Source: Macrostomum hystrix | Taxonomy: Eukaryota; Animalia; Platyhelminthes | Length of the DNA stretch: 64,000 nt | Direction of reading: 5' to 3' | NCBI GenBank assembly: GCA_950097015.1 | Contig: CATNEN010000025.1 | Coordinates: forward strand, 1,302,001-1,366,000 | Shown: positions 1-13,567 of the stretch, one piece after another | Layout of the letters: each line of letters opens with the position of its first letter | Position numbering within the stretch: the first letter of the stretch is position 1 | Notes under the pieces: model-generated | Database searches by the model: none | What the model saw: the letters and a program-made list of their open reading frames with translations, nothing else | What the model was told of the DNA's origin: nothing | Made by a program: the position numbers and the translations under genes

Positions 1-169
1 TTCAGAATTACCCTTTAAATAACGTCATGATAACTACTCGTGAATACGAAAAAAAAAATTTTTACTGCGACAATTAAAGTTTAATAGTTTAATTGAGTAA
101 TGACTACCAAAGTTGGGTAATGATGATTTCAATGATATAATGACCATTGTGACCATTTCGGCTATTAGG

Positions 170-530
170 AACAGGTTAGTAATCACCATTGGAATGAGAT
201 AATGACCGTTTTGAATCGGGCAATAACCATTTTGAATGGGGTAGTGACCATTTTGAATCGAGTAATGACCATTTTGAATTGGGTAATGACCATTTTGAAT
301 CGAGTAATGACCCTTTTGAATTGTGTAATGACCATTCTGAATCGGGTAATGACCAATCTGGATCGGGTAATGACCATTTTGAATCGGGTAATGACCATTC
401 TGAATCGTGTAATGACCAATCTGAATCGGGTAATGACCTTTTGAATGACGTGACCGTTTTGAATTGGGTAATGACAAGTTTTAATAGGGTAATGACCATT
501 TTGAATTGGGTAATGACCCAATTGGAGTAA
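170..530. repeat. 21-bp minisatellite (AATGACCATTTTGAATCGGGT)
   Basis: About 17 degenerate tandem copies; explains ORFs 34..535. Confidence 0.95.
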
Positions 531-1271
531 TTCAATGACTATAAGAATGCAGAAATCTCGTCACTAAAATAAATCCACTTCACTCTGTTCCTTTTGTTTA
601 GCCCTGTTAAACCTTCAAGTGCACAATGCCTGTCATAGTTTGTTCATTCATGCGTAACTGAATGCTAGGGAAAAGTACAAGTACAGAATGTTGAGTTTAG
701 GATTTTTATATAAGAAATCCCCTTGCCTTCTAGAGTCGACAACTCAGCCAGTAATCCATAATTATCCCAGAAATAATTTCCCAAAAAAAGAAAATTCCTA
801 GCGGGCACTAAGATTTCTCACCTCAACTTCAGCAATACCTTTATTGTCTTGGCTCTGAATCATGTGACAATAGAAAATATATGGCGATACTCATTGTTAA
901 GTACTTTCCTCTTCTAATCTGTGCTTCCCACTGATACTTGTGAACTCAAATATAAGTGAACACAAATCCTTACAGTTGCGCCATATTTTTCTGTCTGATT
1001 AAATAACGATCATAACAATAGCTTTTCTTAGCATATCTTACGGTTGTACGTTGCCAAGGCCAACGAAGAAGATTTCAATAAAGAATAGAAGATCTTGGCG
1101 CACCCAAGATGCGCTCAGTTGTACTTTAGCGCATTGTTGGTTGGTTCACAGTGTCGGGGTGGGGTAAATACAAACGGATCGGGGCGCGGTGAGTCAAATT
1201 GCCTTGCTTACAGCCGGTGAGAGTAGAGCAAATATGTGCATATCGTTCTCAAATAATTTGCCTGCAGATAG

Positions 1272-3120
1272 CACAGACAGACACAGAACAGGGACACAGA
1301 ACAGGATACACACAGAACAGGGACACAGAACAGGATACACACAGAACAGGGACACAGAACATGGACACAGAACAGGATACACACAGAACAGGATACACAC
1401 AGAACAGGGACACAGAACAGGATACACACAGAACAGGGACACAGAACAGGATACACACAGAACAGGGACACAGAACAGGGACACAGAACATGGACACAGA
1501 ACATGGACACAGAACAGGATACACACAGAACAGGATACACACAGAACAGGGACACAGAACAGGATACACACAGAACAGGGACACAGAACAGGATACACAC
1601 AGAACAGGGACACAGAACAGGGACACAGAACATGGACACAGAACATGGACACAGAACAGGATACACACAGAACAGGATACACACAGAACAGGGACACAGA
1701 ACAGGATACACACAGAACAGGGACACAGAACAGGATACACACAGAACAGGATACACACAGAACAGGATACACACAGAACAGGATACACACAGAACAGGAT
1801 ACACACAGAACAGGATACACACAGAACAGGGACACAGAACATGGACACAGAACAGGGACACAGAACATGGACACAGAACATGGACACAGAACATGGACAC
1901 AGAACAGGATACACACAGAACAGGGACACAGAACAGGGACACAGAACAGGATACACACAGAACAGGATACACACAGAACAGGATAAACACAGAACAGGGA
2001 CACAGAACAGGATACACACAGAACAGGGACACAGAACAGGATACACACAGAACAGGGACACAGAACAGGATACACACAGAACAGGGACACAGAACAGGGA
2101 CACAGAACATGGACACAGAACATGGACACAGAACAGGATACACACAGAACAGGATACACACAGAACAGGATACACACAGAACAGGATACACACAGAACAG
2201 GATACACACAGAACAGGATACACACAGAACAGGGACACAGAACAGGATACACACAGAACAGGATACACACAGAACAGGATACACACAGAACAGGATACAC
2301 ACAGAACAGGATACACACAGAACAGGGACACAGAACAGGATACACACAGAACAGCGACACAGAACAGGATACACACAGAACAGGGACACAGAACAGGATA
2401 CACACAGAACAGGGACACAGAACATGGACACAGAACATGGACACAGAACATGGACACAGAACAGGATACACACAGAACAGGATACACACAGAACAGGGAC
2501 ACAGAACAGGGACACAGAACAGGATACACACAGAACAGGATACACACACAACAGGATACACACAGAACAGGATAAACACAGAACAGGGACACAGAACAGG
2601 ATACACACAGAACAGGGACACAGAACAGGATACACACAGAACAGGGACACAGAACAGGATACACACAGAACAGGGACACAGAACAGGATACACACAGAAC
2701 AGGGACACAGAACAGGGACACAGAACAGGGACACAGAACAGGATACACACAGAACAGGGACACAGAACAGGATACACACAGAACAGGATACACACAGAAC
2801 AGGATACACACAGAACAGGATACACACAGAACAGGATACACACAGAACAGGGACACAGAACAGGGACACAGAACAGGGACACAGAACATGGACATAGAAC
2901 AGGGACAGGGACACAGAACAGGGACACAGAACAGGATACACACTGAACAGGAACACAGAACAGAATACGCACAGAATATGGACACAGAACTTGGACATAG
3001 AACAGGATACAGGGATACAGGATACAGGTTCTGTGTCCAGAACATGGACACAGAACGTGGACATAGAACAGGGACACAGAGACAGAACAGACACTCAGAC
3101 AGAACAGACACACAGACAAC
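1272..3120. repeat. Modular minisatellite of 13-mer (ACAGAACAGGGAC, ACAGAACATGGAC) and 16-mer (ACAGAACAGGATACAC) units
   Basis: Three unit types interleaved irregularly; all long ORFs here are repeat translations. Confidence 0.97.
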
Positions 3121-3340
3121 AAATGAATTTTAAAGTGATGAAAAGCCTTTTTATTCTTCGCGTATCGATAAAATACATGTTTCTAATTTTAGATTAGATA
3201 TACCGCACATTGTTATTTAGTAGCCTTTGTAGTTTCCGTGTAGAGAATAAGCAAGAAGTAATGAGTTGCCTGTTGCCAGTCAAACAATGTACTTTTATTG
3301 TAAATCTGAGATGTTTTCATCATGAGTACTCGTGTGTATG

Positions 3341-3448
3341 GGTGTATCCTGTTTTGTGTCCCTGTTCTGTGTGTATCCTGTTTTGTGTCCCTGTTCTGTG
3401 TGTATCCTGTTGTGTGTCCTTGTTCTATGTGTATCCTGTTCTGTGTCC
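3341..3448. repeat. Inverted short block of the 1272-3120 minisatellite
   Basis: GTGTATCCTGTTCTGTGTCC units are the reverse complement of the upstream array. Confidence 0.9.
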
Positions 3449-3449
3449 A

Positions 3450-4085
3450 ATGAGACAGTGGAGAGATGAGACAGGAGAGAGATGAGACAGGAGAGAGATG
3501 AGGCAGTGAAGAGATGAGACAGGTTGAGATAAGGCAGCGGAGAGATGAGGCAGGGAGAGATGAGGCAGGGAGAGATGAGGCAGTGGAGAGATGAGGCAGT
3601 GGAGAGATGAGACAGGATGAGATAAGGCAGTGGAGAGATGAGACAGGTTGAGATAAGTCAGCGGAGAGATGAGACAGGGAGAGATGAGACAGGGAGAGAT
3701 GAGACAGGGAAAGATGAGACAGGGAGAGATGAGACAGGGAAAGATGAGACAGGAGAGAGATGAGACAGGAGAGAGATGAGACAGGAGAGAGATGAGACAG
3801 GGAGAGATGAGACAGGGAGAGATGAGACAGGGAGAGATGAGACAGGGAGAGATGAGACAGGGGAGAGATGAGACAGGGGAGAGATGAGACAGGGAGAGAT
3901 GAGACAGGGAGAGATGAGACAGGGAGAGATGAGACAGGGAGAGATGAGACAGGGAGAGATGAGACAGGGAGAGATGAGACAGGGAGAGATGAGACAGGGA
4001 GAGATGAGACAGGGAGAGATGAGACAGGGAGAGATGAGACAGGGAGAGATGAGACAGGGAGAGATGAGACAGGGAGATATGAGAC
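3450..4085. repeat. 15-bp purine-rich minisatellite (GAGATGAGACAGGGA)
   Basis: Degenerate 5' half, homogeneous 3' half. Confidence 0.95.
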
Positions 4086-5254
4086 ATTTGAGAGGTAAGG
4101 CAAGGCGCGCTGGAAGAGGCCACAAGCAGGAGGTTGCTGATCTTTGCTTTAGAAGGTACAACTTGTAGATTGCCAGCAGACCCTGGAATTTGAAATCAGC
4201 ATTAAAATGACTGATTGCATGCTGTCACGGATGTTGAGTCTGACATCTAACGTCCTCTGACTTTCAGTCGACAACGCACTGCCCAATCTGCTAGATAGTA
4301 TATGAAGCATGAAGCCATATAACTTATAATTAATTCTCTGTGGCATTTTGTTAACTCTGCAGCATTCAGGTTGCTTTGGTATATTGTGCGCGCAAAATCC
4401 GAGATGGCACAGATTCCTGTGCCAAATGCCACACGTAGCATCCGTATCATGTGACTTGGCCGCAATCACTCACTGACCCAATATCTCACTATACTAAACA
4501 AATCGCTGCATTGTGTATACATTGCATTTGCCTTTCCCAATGTCCAAAGTGTGACGAGGTAGAAAAATTTTTATCGGAGAAAATTGACGAGGAAATTGGA
4601 TGGTAGCCAAGCTCTATTCGAGTTCGCCTTTGCCTGGCGCCTTTGTTAAAAGCGATCGCCTAAAAGTACAAAAGAGAGACCCCCATAGCTAGGGGTAGAG
4701 AAGTAGAGAAGATTGCACCTTCATTTAGCCTCTCAATTTCTTTTCCAAGTAAAAGACTGGAACGGGAAATTGGCATCCGGGCAGTCCCTTGGTCTCAAAC
4801 TCATTGGCTTGATTTCTTGGTTTGCTGTTCAACTGACCAATGCTTTAAGCCTCTAAAGCCAGAAGAATGTGGGTTAATTAGTCGAGTTTTAACATTTAAT
4901 TCGACCTGTCTCACAGCAAAAATTCCCGATTTTATGAATCAAAAAAGTTTTTTAGAAATCATTTTAACAGCAGACTGTGTAAATATTTATTGATTTTCAT
5001 CAAATCGTGCCTCCCGAAACGGTGTCTGAAAAATCTACTCCAACTGAATCTGCTTCTTTGGCCAATTTGGACTAACATTTCGAAGATGTTTTTCTCACCA
5101 ACCAAAAGTACAGTGGCATACGTGACTTGTTTGGCTTTAATTGCAATTATAGATTTCCAAATTAAAAAATTCCGCGAAAGAAAGTGTACTTACCAGACGG
5201 TAACTTTTAATTGACACACCTATTGCAGTGACGTAAGTTAATGTATCTTTTGAG

Positions 5255-5398
5255 ACAGGTGATGTCACCCGATTGGCCCGCAGCCAGCAAGAGGTAACTC
5301 TGACGATTCCGCTGACACCTAATAATAATAATAGTAATAATAATAGTTATAAAATGAAATAAAACGACCTTTAGGTCGAGAGTCCAACGCTCTAACCA

Positions 5399-5431
<33 letters not shown>

Positions 5432-5535
5432 CACACGGAAACGTACACATGTGTGTACATCTGCTGCTGCGAATCGAGCTCAGGAACCTTGGTGCGAGAG
5501 GTAGACGCGTTAACCGTCTGCCAATCACCCCCATG
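5255..5535 (-). mobile_element. Degenerate composite of SINE family A and B fragments around (TAA)n and (CA)n tracts
   Basis: 5255-5300 and 5430-5535 align with the SINE A copy at 20067-20410; 5366-5400 matches the tRNA head of the SINE at 20820. Confidence 0.65.
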
Positions 5536-5589
5536 CTACCTGTTAGATTCACTATCCCTGTTACATTGCATTGTCACTGTCATTGTCAT

Positions 5590-5945
5590 TAGTTGCTCTA
5601 TAATCTGTTACACACAGTGTGTTAGACACGGTATTAAGTGTTAGAAACAGTGTTACCTGTTAGACACATTGCTATGCCTTTGAAACGGTGCTATCTATCT
5701 GTTAGAAACACTATTACCTGTTAGACGCGTTGTTACCTGTGAGACACGGTGTTACCTATGGACAGGGTGTTACCTATATACTGGGGACTATCTGTTAGAC
5801 ACGGGACTATCTGTTAGACACGGGACTATCTGTTAGACACGGTGCTATCTGTTAGACACGGGGCTATCTGTTAGACACGGGGCTATCTGTTAGACACGGT
5901 GCTATCTGTTAGACACGGTGCTATCTGTTAGACACGGGGCTATCC
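5590..5945. repeat. About 20-bp minisatellite (CTATCTGTTAGACACGGGG)
   Basis: Tandem copies 5790-5945, more degenerate copies upstream. Confidence 0.85.
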
Positions 5946-6138
5946 AAACAATATTTGAAACTCAACGAAAAATTTCAAAGCAGAGTTTTAGAAATAAATT
6001 AATTCCAACTCGCTGCCTGGATTTGTTTCATGATTATCATCGAATGCCCGCCTGACCAGGGAGACCCAGGTCAGTCAGACGGAAGGGTAACATTATATGG
6101 AAAACAATTTTTTGGAAGATTGCCTATTCGCTACCCTA

Positions 6139-6169
<31 letters not shown>

Positions 6170-6764
6170 TGCACTCTTATCCCCCAGAGATGGTCACAGT
6201 CCTGGCATTCCTGCCATCACACGTCGGTAGCTGCGGTCCTTTCCCCTCCCCCAGCTCCCGTCTCATTCAAGGGCCTAGCGGTCAGTCAGATGCCTATCTG
6301 TTGAGATTGGGAAAATATATGAGTAGTAGCATGAGCCGAAACTAAAAAAAAGACAAAACGGGGAAGTTAATAATAATAGGATATAAGCCTGTGTTATCTT
6401 AGTCAGGATCAGGCAACACAGCAGAACTCTTGCAGTTAGAGACAAACAAAATATTAATAATAATTTAATATTTTTACGACTAGAAATAAAAATAATAATC
6501 CTCAAAAGTTGGCTCTATTGGTGAAAAAGCCGCAGAAACGAGCCGCTCGCTTGGTTGGCCGAGCTAATTTTTTCACTAATGCGAAAATCCACCGCGTACG
6601 ACCACCGCGCATGAGCTTGCATGCCTTCATGCAATGCCCTTCAAGCTTCTATTCGAATAAAATTAGAATACTTTCTAAATAGCTTTTCTTTGTGGTACCT
6701 TTTCACTCGCTATTCTCGCTTTCAGTCCTTCCGTCTGTAAAAATATTTCTTCTCTGACTCACTC

Positions 6765-7645
6765 ACTCACTCACTCACTGACTCGCTCACTGACTCACTC
6801 ACTCACTCACTGACTCGCTCACTGACTCACTCACTCACTCACTGACTCGCTCACTGACTCACTCACTCACTCACTCACTCACTCACTCACTCACTCACTC
6901 ACTCACTCACTCACTCACTCACTCACTCACTCACTCACTCACTCACTGACTCACTCACTCACTCACTCACTCACTGACTCACTCACTCACTCACTCACTC
7001 ACTCACTCACTCACTCACTCACTCACTCACTGACTCACTCACTCACTCACTCACTCACTCACTCACTCACTCACTCACTGACTCACTCACTCACTCACTC
7101 ACTCACTCACTCACTCACTCACTCACTGACTCGCTCACTGACTCACTGACTCACTCACTCACTGACTCACTCACTCACTCACTCACTCACTCACTCACTC
7201 ACTCACTCACTCACTCACTCACTCACTCACTGACTCGCTCACTGACTCACTGACTCACTCACTGACTCGCTCACTGACTCACTCACTGACTCAATGACTA
7301 ACTCACTGACTCACTCACTCACTCACTCACTTACTCACTCACTCACTCACTCACTCACTCACTCACTCACTCACTCACTCACTCACTCACTCACTCACTG
7401 ACTCACTCACTCACTCACTCACTCACTCACTCACTCACTCACTCACTCACTCACTCACTCACTGACTCGCTCACTGACTCACTGACTCACTCACTGACTC
7501 GCTCACTGACTCACTCACTGACTCAATGACTAACTCACTGACTCACTGACTCACTGACTCACTCACTCACTCACTTACTCACTCACTGACTCACTGACTC
7601 ACTCACTCACTCACTCACTGACTCTTCTATCACTCACCCACTCAC
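6765..7645. repeat. (TCAC)n microsatellite with TGAC/TCGC variants
   Basis: About 880 bp of tetranucleotide repeat. Confidence 0.98.
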
Positions 7646-8124
7646 TCTATTCGTGTTGTCACTTTACCACAAGAAGGGAAATTGTTGAGTTGGACTTTAG
7701 TTAACATATCAATTTCCAGCTGCCTACATGCATGCGTGATAGTAGATTGCTTCTTTTCATAGTAGAGTGAATTCGACTGCAGGTTAAAGCTAAAGTGCTT
7801 TTTTAGCCTAGCTGAAATTCTCACCCGAGTAGCTGTGTTAGCCGTGTCACGAAAAATTAAAAGGAAAATTTTGCTACAGTTTAGGTGCACTTCGGAAAAA
7901 GGTTCGTGTTAATATCTACAGTGAATTGATCCTCATGAAAATGATTCGTATTATAAAATGATACTTTCCAAATATGGATATATTTAACAGAAGTCAGCCT
8001 TTTAAAAAAGTTTCAAAGACGAAGAATATCTCTAAAAGCTAATTACATTCTATTTTTCTCGCAATCGAATTGGATCTTTGCCTCGCTCTGAATAGAATAT
8101 TTTACTCTGAATAAAATATTTTAG

Positions 8125-9760
8125 TCTCCCATATAAACCTCACTCCAGTCTCCCATATAAACCTCACTCCAGTCTCCCATATAAACCTCACTCCAGTCTC
8201 CATATAAACCTCACTCCAGTCTCCCATATAAACCTCACTCCAGTCTCCCATATAAACCTCACTCCAGTCTCCCATATAAACCTCACTCCAGTCTCCCATA
8301 TAAACCTCACTCCAGTCTCCCATATAAACCTCACTCCAGTCTCCCATATAAACCTCACTCCAGTCTCCCATATAAACCTCACTCCAGTCTCCCATATAAA
8401 CCTCACTCCAGTCTCCATATAAACCTCACTCCAGTCTCCCATATAAACCTCACTCCAGTCTCCCATATAAACCTCACTCCAGTCTCCCATATAAACCTCA
8501 CTCCAGTCTCCATATAAACCTCACTCCAGTCTCCCATATAAACCTCACTCCAGTCTCCCATATAAACCTCACTCCAGTCTCCCATATAAACCTCACTCCA
8601 GTCTCCCATATAAACCTCACTCCAGTCTCCCATATAAACCTCACTCCAGTCTCCCATATAAACCTCACTCCAGTCTCCCATATAAACCTCACTCCAGTCT
8701 CCCATATAAACCTCACTCCAGTCTCCATATAAACCTCACTCCAGTCTCCCATATAAACCTCACTCCAGTCTCCATATAAACCTCACTCCAGTCTCCCATA
8801 TAAACCTCACTTCAGTCTCCCATATAAACCTCACTCCAGTCTCCCATATAAACCTCACTCCAGTCTCCCATATAAACCTCACTCCAGTCTCCCATATAAA
8901 CCTCACTCCAGTCTCCCATATAAACCTCACTCCAGTCTCCCATATAAACCTCACTCCAGTCTCCGATATAAACCTCACTCCAGTCTCCCATATAAACCTC
9001 ACTCCAGTCTCCCATATAAACCTCACTCCAGTCTCCCATATAAACCTCACTCCAGTCTCCCATATAAACCTCACTCCAGTCTCCGATATAAACCTCACTC
9101 CAGTCTCCATATAAACCTCACTCCAGTCTCCCATATAAACCTCACTCCAGTCTCCATATAAACCTCACTCCAGTCTCCATATAAACCTCACTCCAGTCTC
9201 CCATATAAACCTCACTCCAGTCTCCCATATAAACCTCACTCCAGTCTCCATATAAACCTCACTCCAGTCTCCCATATAAACCTCACTCCAGTCTCCCATA
9301 TAAACCTCACTCCAGTCTCCCATATAAACCTCACTCCAGTCTCCCATTTAAACCTCACTCCAGTCTCCCTTCTCTACCTCACTCCAGTCTTCCCTCTCTA
9401 CCTCTCTACCTCACTCCAGTCTTCCCTCTCTACCTCTCTACCTCACTCCAGTCTTCCCTCTCTACCTCTCTACCTCTCTACCTCACTCCAATCTCCCCTC
9501 TCTAACTCACTCCAATCTCCCCTCTCTAACTCACTCCAATCTCCCCTCTCTACCTCACTCCAGTCTCTCCTCTCTACCTTACTCCAATCTCCCCTCTCTA
9601 CCTCACTCCAGCCTCCCCCTCTACAGCCTCCCCCTCTGCAGCTCCCCCCTCTGCAGTCTCCCCTCTGCAGTCTCCCCTCTGCAGTCTCCCCTATGCATTC
9701 TCCCCCTCTGCATTCTCCCTCTCTGTAGTCTCCCTCTCTGCTGTATCCTCATCTGCAGTC
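8125..9760. repeat. 24-bp minisatellite (TCCCATATAAACCTCACTCCAGTC) grading into CT-rich derivatives
   Basis: About 50 copies to 9360 with 23-bp variants, then CTCTACCTCACTCCAGTC and CCCTCTGCAGTCTC derivatives. Confidence 0.97.
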
Positions 9761-10269
9761 AGCCCCCCTCGGCAACACTCCTCGGCGGCATCTCCCCAAT
9801 AATTTCTCCTCGTTCTCCGCTACCCAATCATGGATCTAATTATAGTTTGTCTTTACTGTTCTTCTCCAAGTAGGTAAATTAGGCAATAGTTTTTTGTGAA
9901 TGCAATAATGTTTCATCTATAGCTATTCTGTGAACGTGCTTGTTCAAAAAGATAGGTCCTCATGGATGAAGGTATCTGATAAGGCCTATGAACTCCCTCT
10001 ATTGTACACTCTTATCTATTTTGAGAACAAAAAAATTCATCCTTAGTCTATGAAGCATTGAGGCATAATCTATTCTTCTTATTTTTAAAGCGTGCCTTAT
10101 AACAGAACCAATTAGGAGTCTAGATAAGAGAACAATATATGCTATACAAGCTAGCCTATGTTGTCATGGAATACTGCAGAAAAAGACTTGTAGCAATCAG
10201 AAATTTACTGCAAGTTCTTTCACGGCATAACTACGAGCTATAATGTGCAAACTGAACAGTACAATAGAA

Positions 10270-11410
10270 CACCATTCGAAATCTAGAGTACAACTGAGAT
10301 TGGAGTACACTTTCTAGCATTGGAAACCTACAGTACAACCGTGATTGGAGTACACTTTCCAGCATTGGAAACCTACAGTACAATGCTGATTGGAGTACAC
10401 TTTCCAGCATTGGAAACCTACAGTACAATCCTGATTGGAGTACACTTTCCAGCATTGGAAACCTACAGTACAACCGTGATTGGAGTACACTCTCCAGCAT
10501 TGGAAACCTACAGTACAATCCTGATTGGTGTACACTCTCCAGCATTGGAAACCTATACAGTACAATCCTGATTGGTGTACACTCTCCAGCATTGGAAACC
10601 TACAGTACAATCCTGATTGGTGTACACTCTCCAGCATTGGAAACCTATACAGTACAATCCTGATTGGAGTACACTTTCCAGCATTGGAAACCTACAGTAC
10701 AATCCTGATTGGAGTACACTCTCCAGCATTGGAAACCTACAGTACAATCCTGATTGGTGTACACTCTCCAGCATTGGAAACCTTCAGTACAATCCTGATT
10801 GGAGTACACTTTCCAGCATTGGAAACCTACAGTACAATCCTGATTGGTGTACACTCTCCAGCATTGGAAACCTTCAGTACAATCCTGATTGGAGTACACT
10901 CTCCAGCATTGGAAACCTACAGTACAATCCTGATTGGAGTACACTCTCCAGCATTGGAAACCTACAGTACAATCCTGATTGGTGTACACTCTCCAGCATT
11001 GGAAACCTACAGTACAATCCTGATTGGTGTACACTCTCCAGCATTGGAAACCTTCAGTACAATCCTGATTGGTGTACACTCTCCAGCATTGGAAACCTAC
11101 AGTACAATCCTGATTGGTGTACACTCTCCAGCATTGGAAACCTTCAGTACAATCCTGATTGGTGTACACTCTCCAGCATTGGAAACCTTCAGTACAATCC
11201 TGATTGGTGTACACTCTCCAGCATTGGAAAACTTCAGTACAATCCTGATTGGTGTACACTCTCCAGCATTGGAAACCTTCAGTACAATCCTGATTGGTGT
11301 ACACTCTCCAGCATTGGAAACCTTCAGTACAATCCTGATTGGTGTACACTCTCCAGCATTGGAAACCTTCAGTACAATCCTGATTGGTGTACACTCTCCA
11401 GCATTGGAAA
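10270..11410. repeat. 45-bp minisatellite (AGTACAATCCTGATTGGTGTACACTCTCCAGCATTGGAAACCTAC)
   Basis: About 25 copies; the stop-free unit gives spurious ORFs. Confidence 0.97.
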
Positions 11411-13165
11411 CTCAATCCAGAATAGCTGCATTCCGATACTAAGCCGCGATATATTAGTGTATCGAGTAGTACTGAGTACTGAGTTTATCAATAAATTGGG
11501 ATTCAGTAGATCAAAGCACTAGATTTCATTGTAGCAAGCAGAAATAATTTGTCGCGAGCAATTCTAATCAGATGCTTTATTCTACACTGTGGAGAACTTG
11601 CAAACCAGAATGTTATGATATTATCGAAGCTAAAAAATGATGACCATATTTATAACTATAACGCTCTCGGCTTTAATATTTCTTGATTTAAAATCTTTTT
11701 AATGACTCCCTTTTTCATTTGTCTCGGAGATTATTGCTTTGTCTGACATGCATGTAGATTTGTAAACAACACATGAGACATTGTTCTTTGTATTTACTAA
11801 TATTATTTATCGATTCCTCGACAATTGTCACTTTTATTGCGAATGTTTTTTCAGTTTTAAGCTTTGAGACCACAAGCATTAAATCCAGGGATTTATTTAA
11901 ATCCGATAAGCTTAATCCAGAACGCAAATGAGGGAAAGAGGAAGGGGAGATTTGCTGCATGACCCTGTGTTTCAAAGGCTTCAGAAGTCAAGTTTAAATT
12001 TCTGCTCTAGAGGTTTGCGAATTAACGAATATCAATAAGTTTCTAAGAATTTGTCCTAGCTACCGTGAGCAGTTATTTAAATGCCACGAAAAAAAAATAA
12101 TTTGAATTTGCATGTACACACATATGCCTTGCATATAAATCAGATCGACTCGATCCAGTCATGAACTCATACTCCAGGCTTACGCACCTTAGATTACCTG
12201 AGGGTCAAAAAAGCAGCGATTTCTTGCTTTCAGCAAATTAAATACACAGTGAGAGTGATCGAGGGTCTAAGAAAAAATTATTCGCTTTAATTACAGTCTA
12301 GTTCGATGTTTTCAGTTCGACTTTAAATTTTGACACCGAAAATCGACTCGTGACCAAAGCCATGCCGAACATTCTGACGTCCTATATGCAAACAATGAAC
12401 TACGAATGCGCAAATATAATACAGATACATTAAGGAGTATTCTGTAAGTAGTGAGTATTCAGTATTCAAGGCATTCTTAGAAATTTCAAGCATTCTAAGT
12501 CTTCTTAAACAGTCTAAGGCCAAAGCACGAAGATAAAAAAGTTCAACGCAAACTTTTAATCAGAGTTTAAGAAAAAAGGCTAAGGTCTAAACTCCATTGA
12601 TGTCCATATGATGTACATACATTTAAATATATTTTAGTAGTAAAAAGTATTTTAAATTCTAGCTTCTGTGCTCCGAGAGATTCTAGACTATTTGACTAAG
12701 TATTTTTTAACTCATAGTTTTAATTATATACAGAATAAATATTTATTTGTTTTACACAAATAAATTATAGCGCAGATTTGAAACAAGCATTTAACAAGAA
12801 AAACTTGTTTTATATAATGTGATTGCAAGGTTTGCATTTAAAGTATTTAGCTTTAGCCTTATAGGGCCTATTGGTTGTTAGTCTTATTGTTTCTTGGTTG
12901 TTAAACACAACTGTCATTAACTGTCATTTTAAAAACAGTTTGAATTAAACGTGCGAAACTAGAAGATTGCCAATTATGTTTGTATGCACATACACTAGAA
13001 AGTTAATTTCTTGTTTGTTTATTTTATAGCTACTTTGAATATGTTCTTACTATTGTGTAGGCCTATTATATAATAATAAAAGTAATAATAATAACATTAG
13101 CTTTTGTTTTTATTATCTAATGGCCTGTAAAAGCATAACTTACCTCTTTCATAACTATTCTCTAG

Positions 13166-13567
13166 GCCCTATTGGAATAAGTTTTCAGACACTGTGGACA
13201 GTGCATCTAGTGCGCCATGGCAATCATAAAGTGGCCTGGACGGTGCGTCATGACAATCTTCAAATCCTAAGGTGGTATGGACGATGTGTCATTCAAATCT
13301 TCAAATCCTAGGGTGCCATTCAAATCCTAGCGTTTTACTTACAGTTTGCTGAATTTCCACCGTGCTGCTGACTTTCTCCTGTGCATGCTTCTCATCCTTG
13401 TTCAGCAGCGCTGTATGTAGCGCGTGATGTCCTCCTTGCATCTTACCTGTGAGCTGCTGTGCGTCATGGCGCATGGCGCGCTACGCGCGCCATGCGCCAT
13501 GACTATGAGGAAAAAGAAAAAGTGCGCCGGACGCCGTCCGCGAAAATACCACTTATTCCAATAGGGT
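13166..13567. mobile_element. MITE-like element with 16-bp terminal inverted repeats
   Basis: GCCCTATTGGAATAAG (13166-13181) and CTTATTCCAATAGGGT (13552-13567) are inverted with 1 mismatch; CTCTAG on both flanks (13160-65, 13568-73). TSD could be read as 6, 4 or 2 bp. Confidence 0.75.

Noticed and set aside
10125-10245. YVVMEYC kinase-hinge-like peptide
   Set aside because: Short frame bounded by stops with no other kinase subdomain nearby.
34-11522. Long ORFs (up to 642 aa) over the minisatellites, and similar ORFs at 21476, 26683, 38337, 52742, 55656, 58263 and 61280
   Set aside because: Periodic peptides from stop-free repeat units, open in several frames and on both strands; several lie inside introns of supported genes.
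11715-11975. 86-aa minus-strand ORF
   Set aside because: AT-rich, no motif, no convincing splice sites; compatible with chance or a decayed TE.
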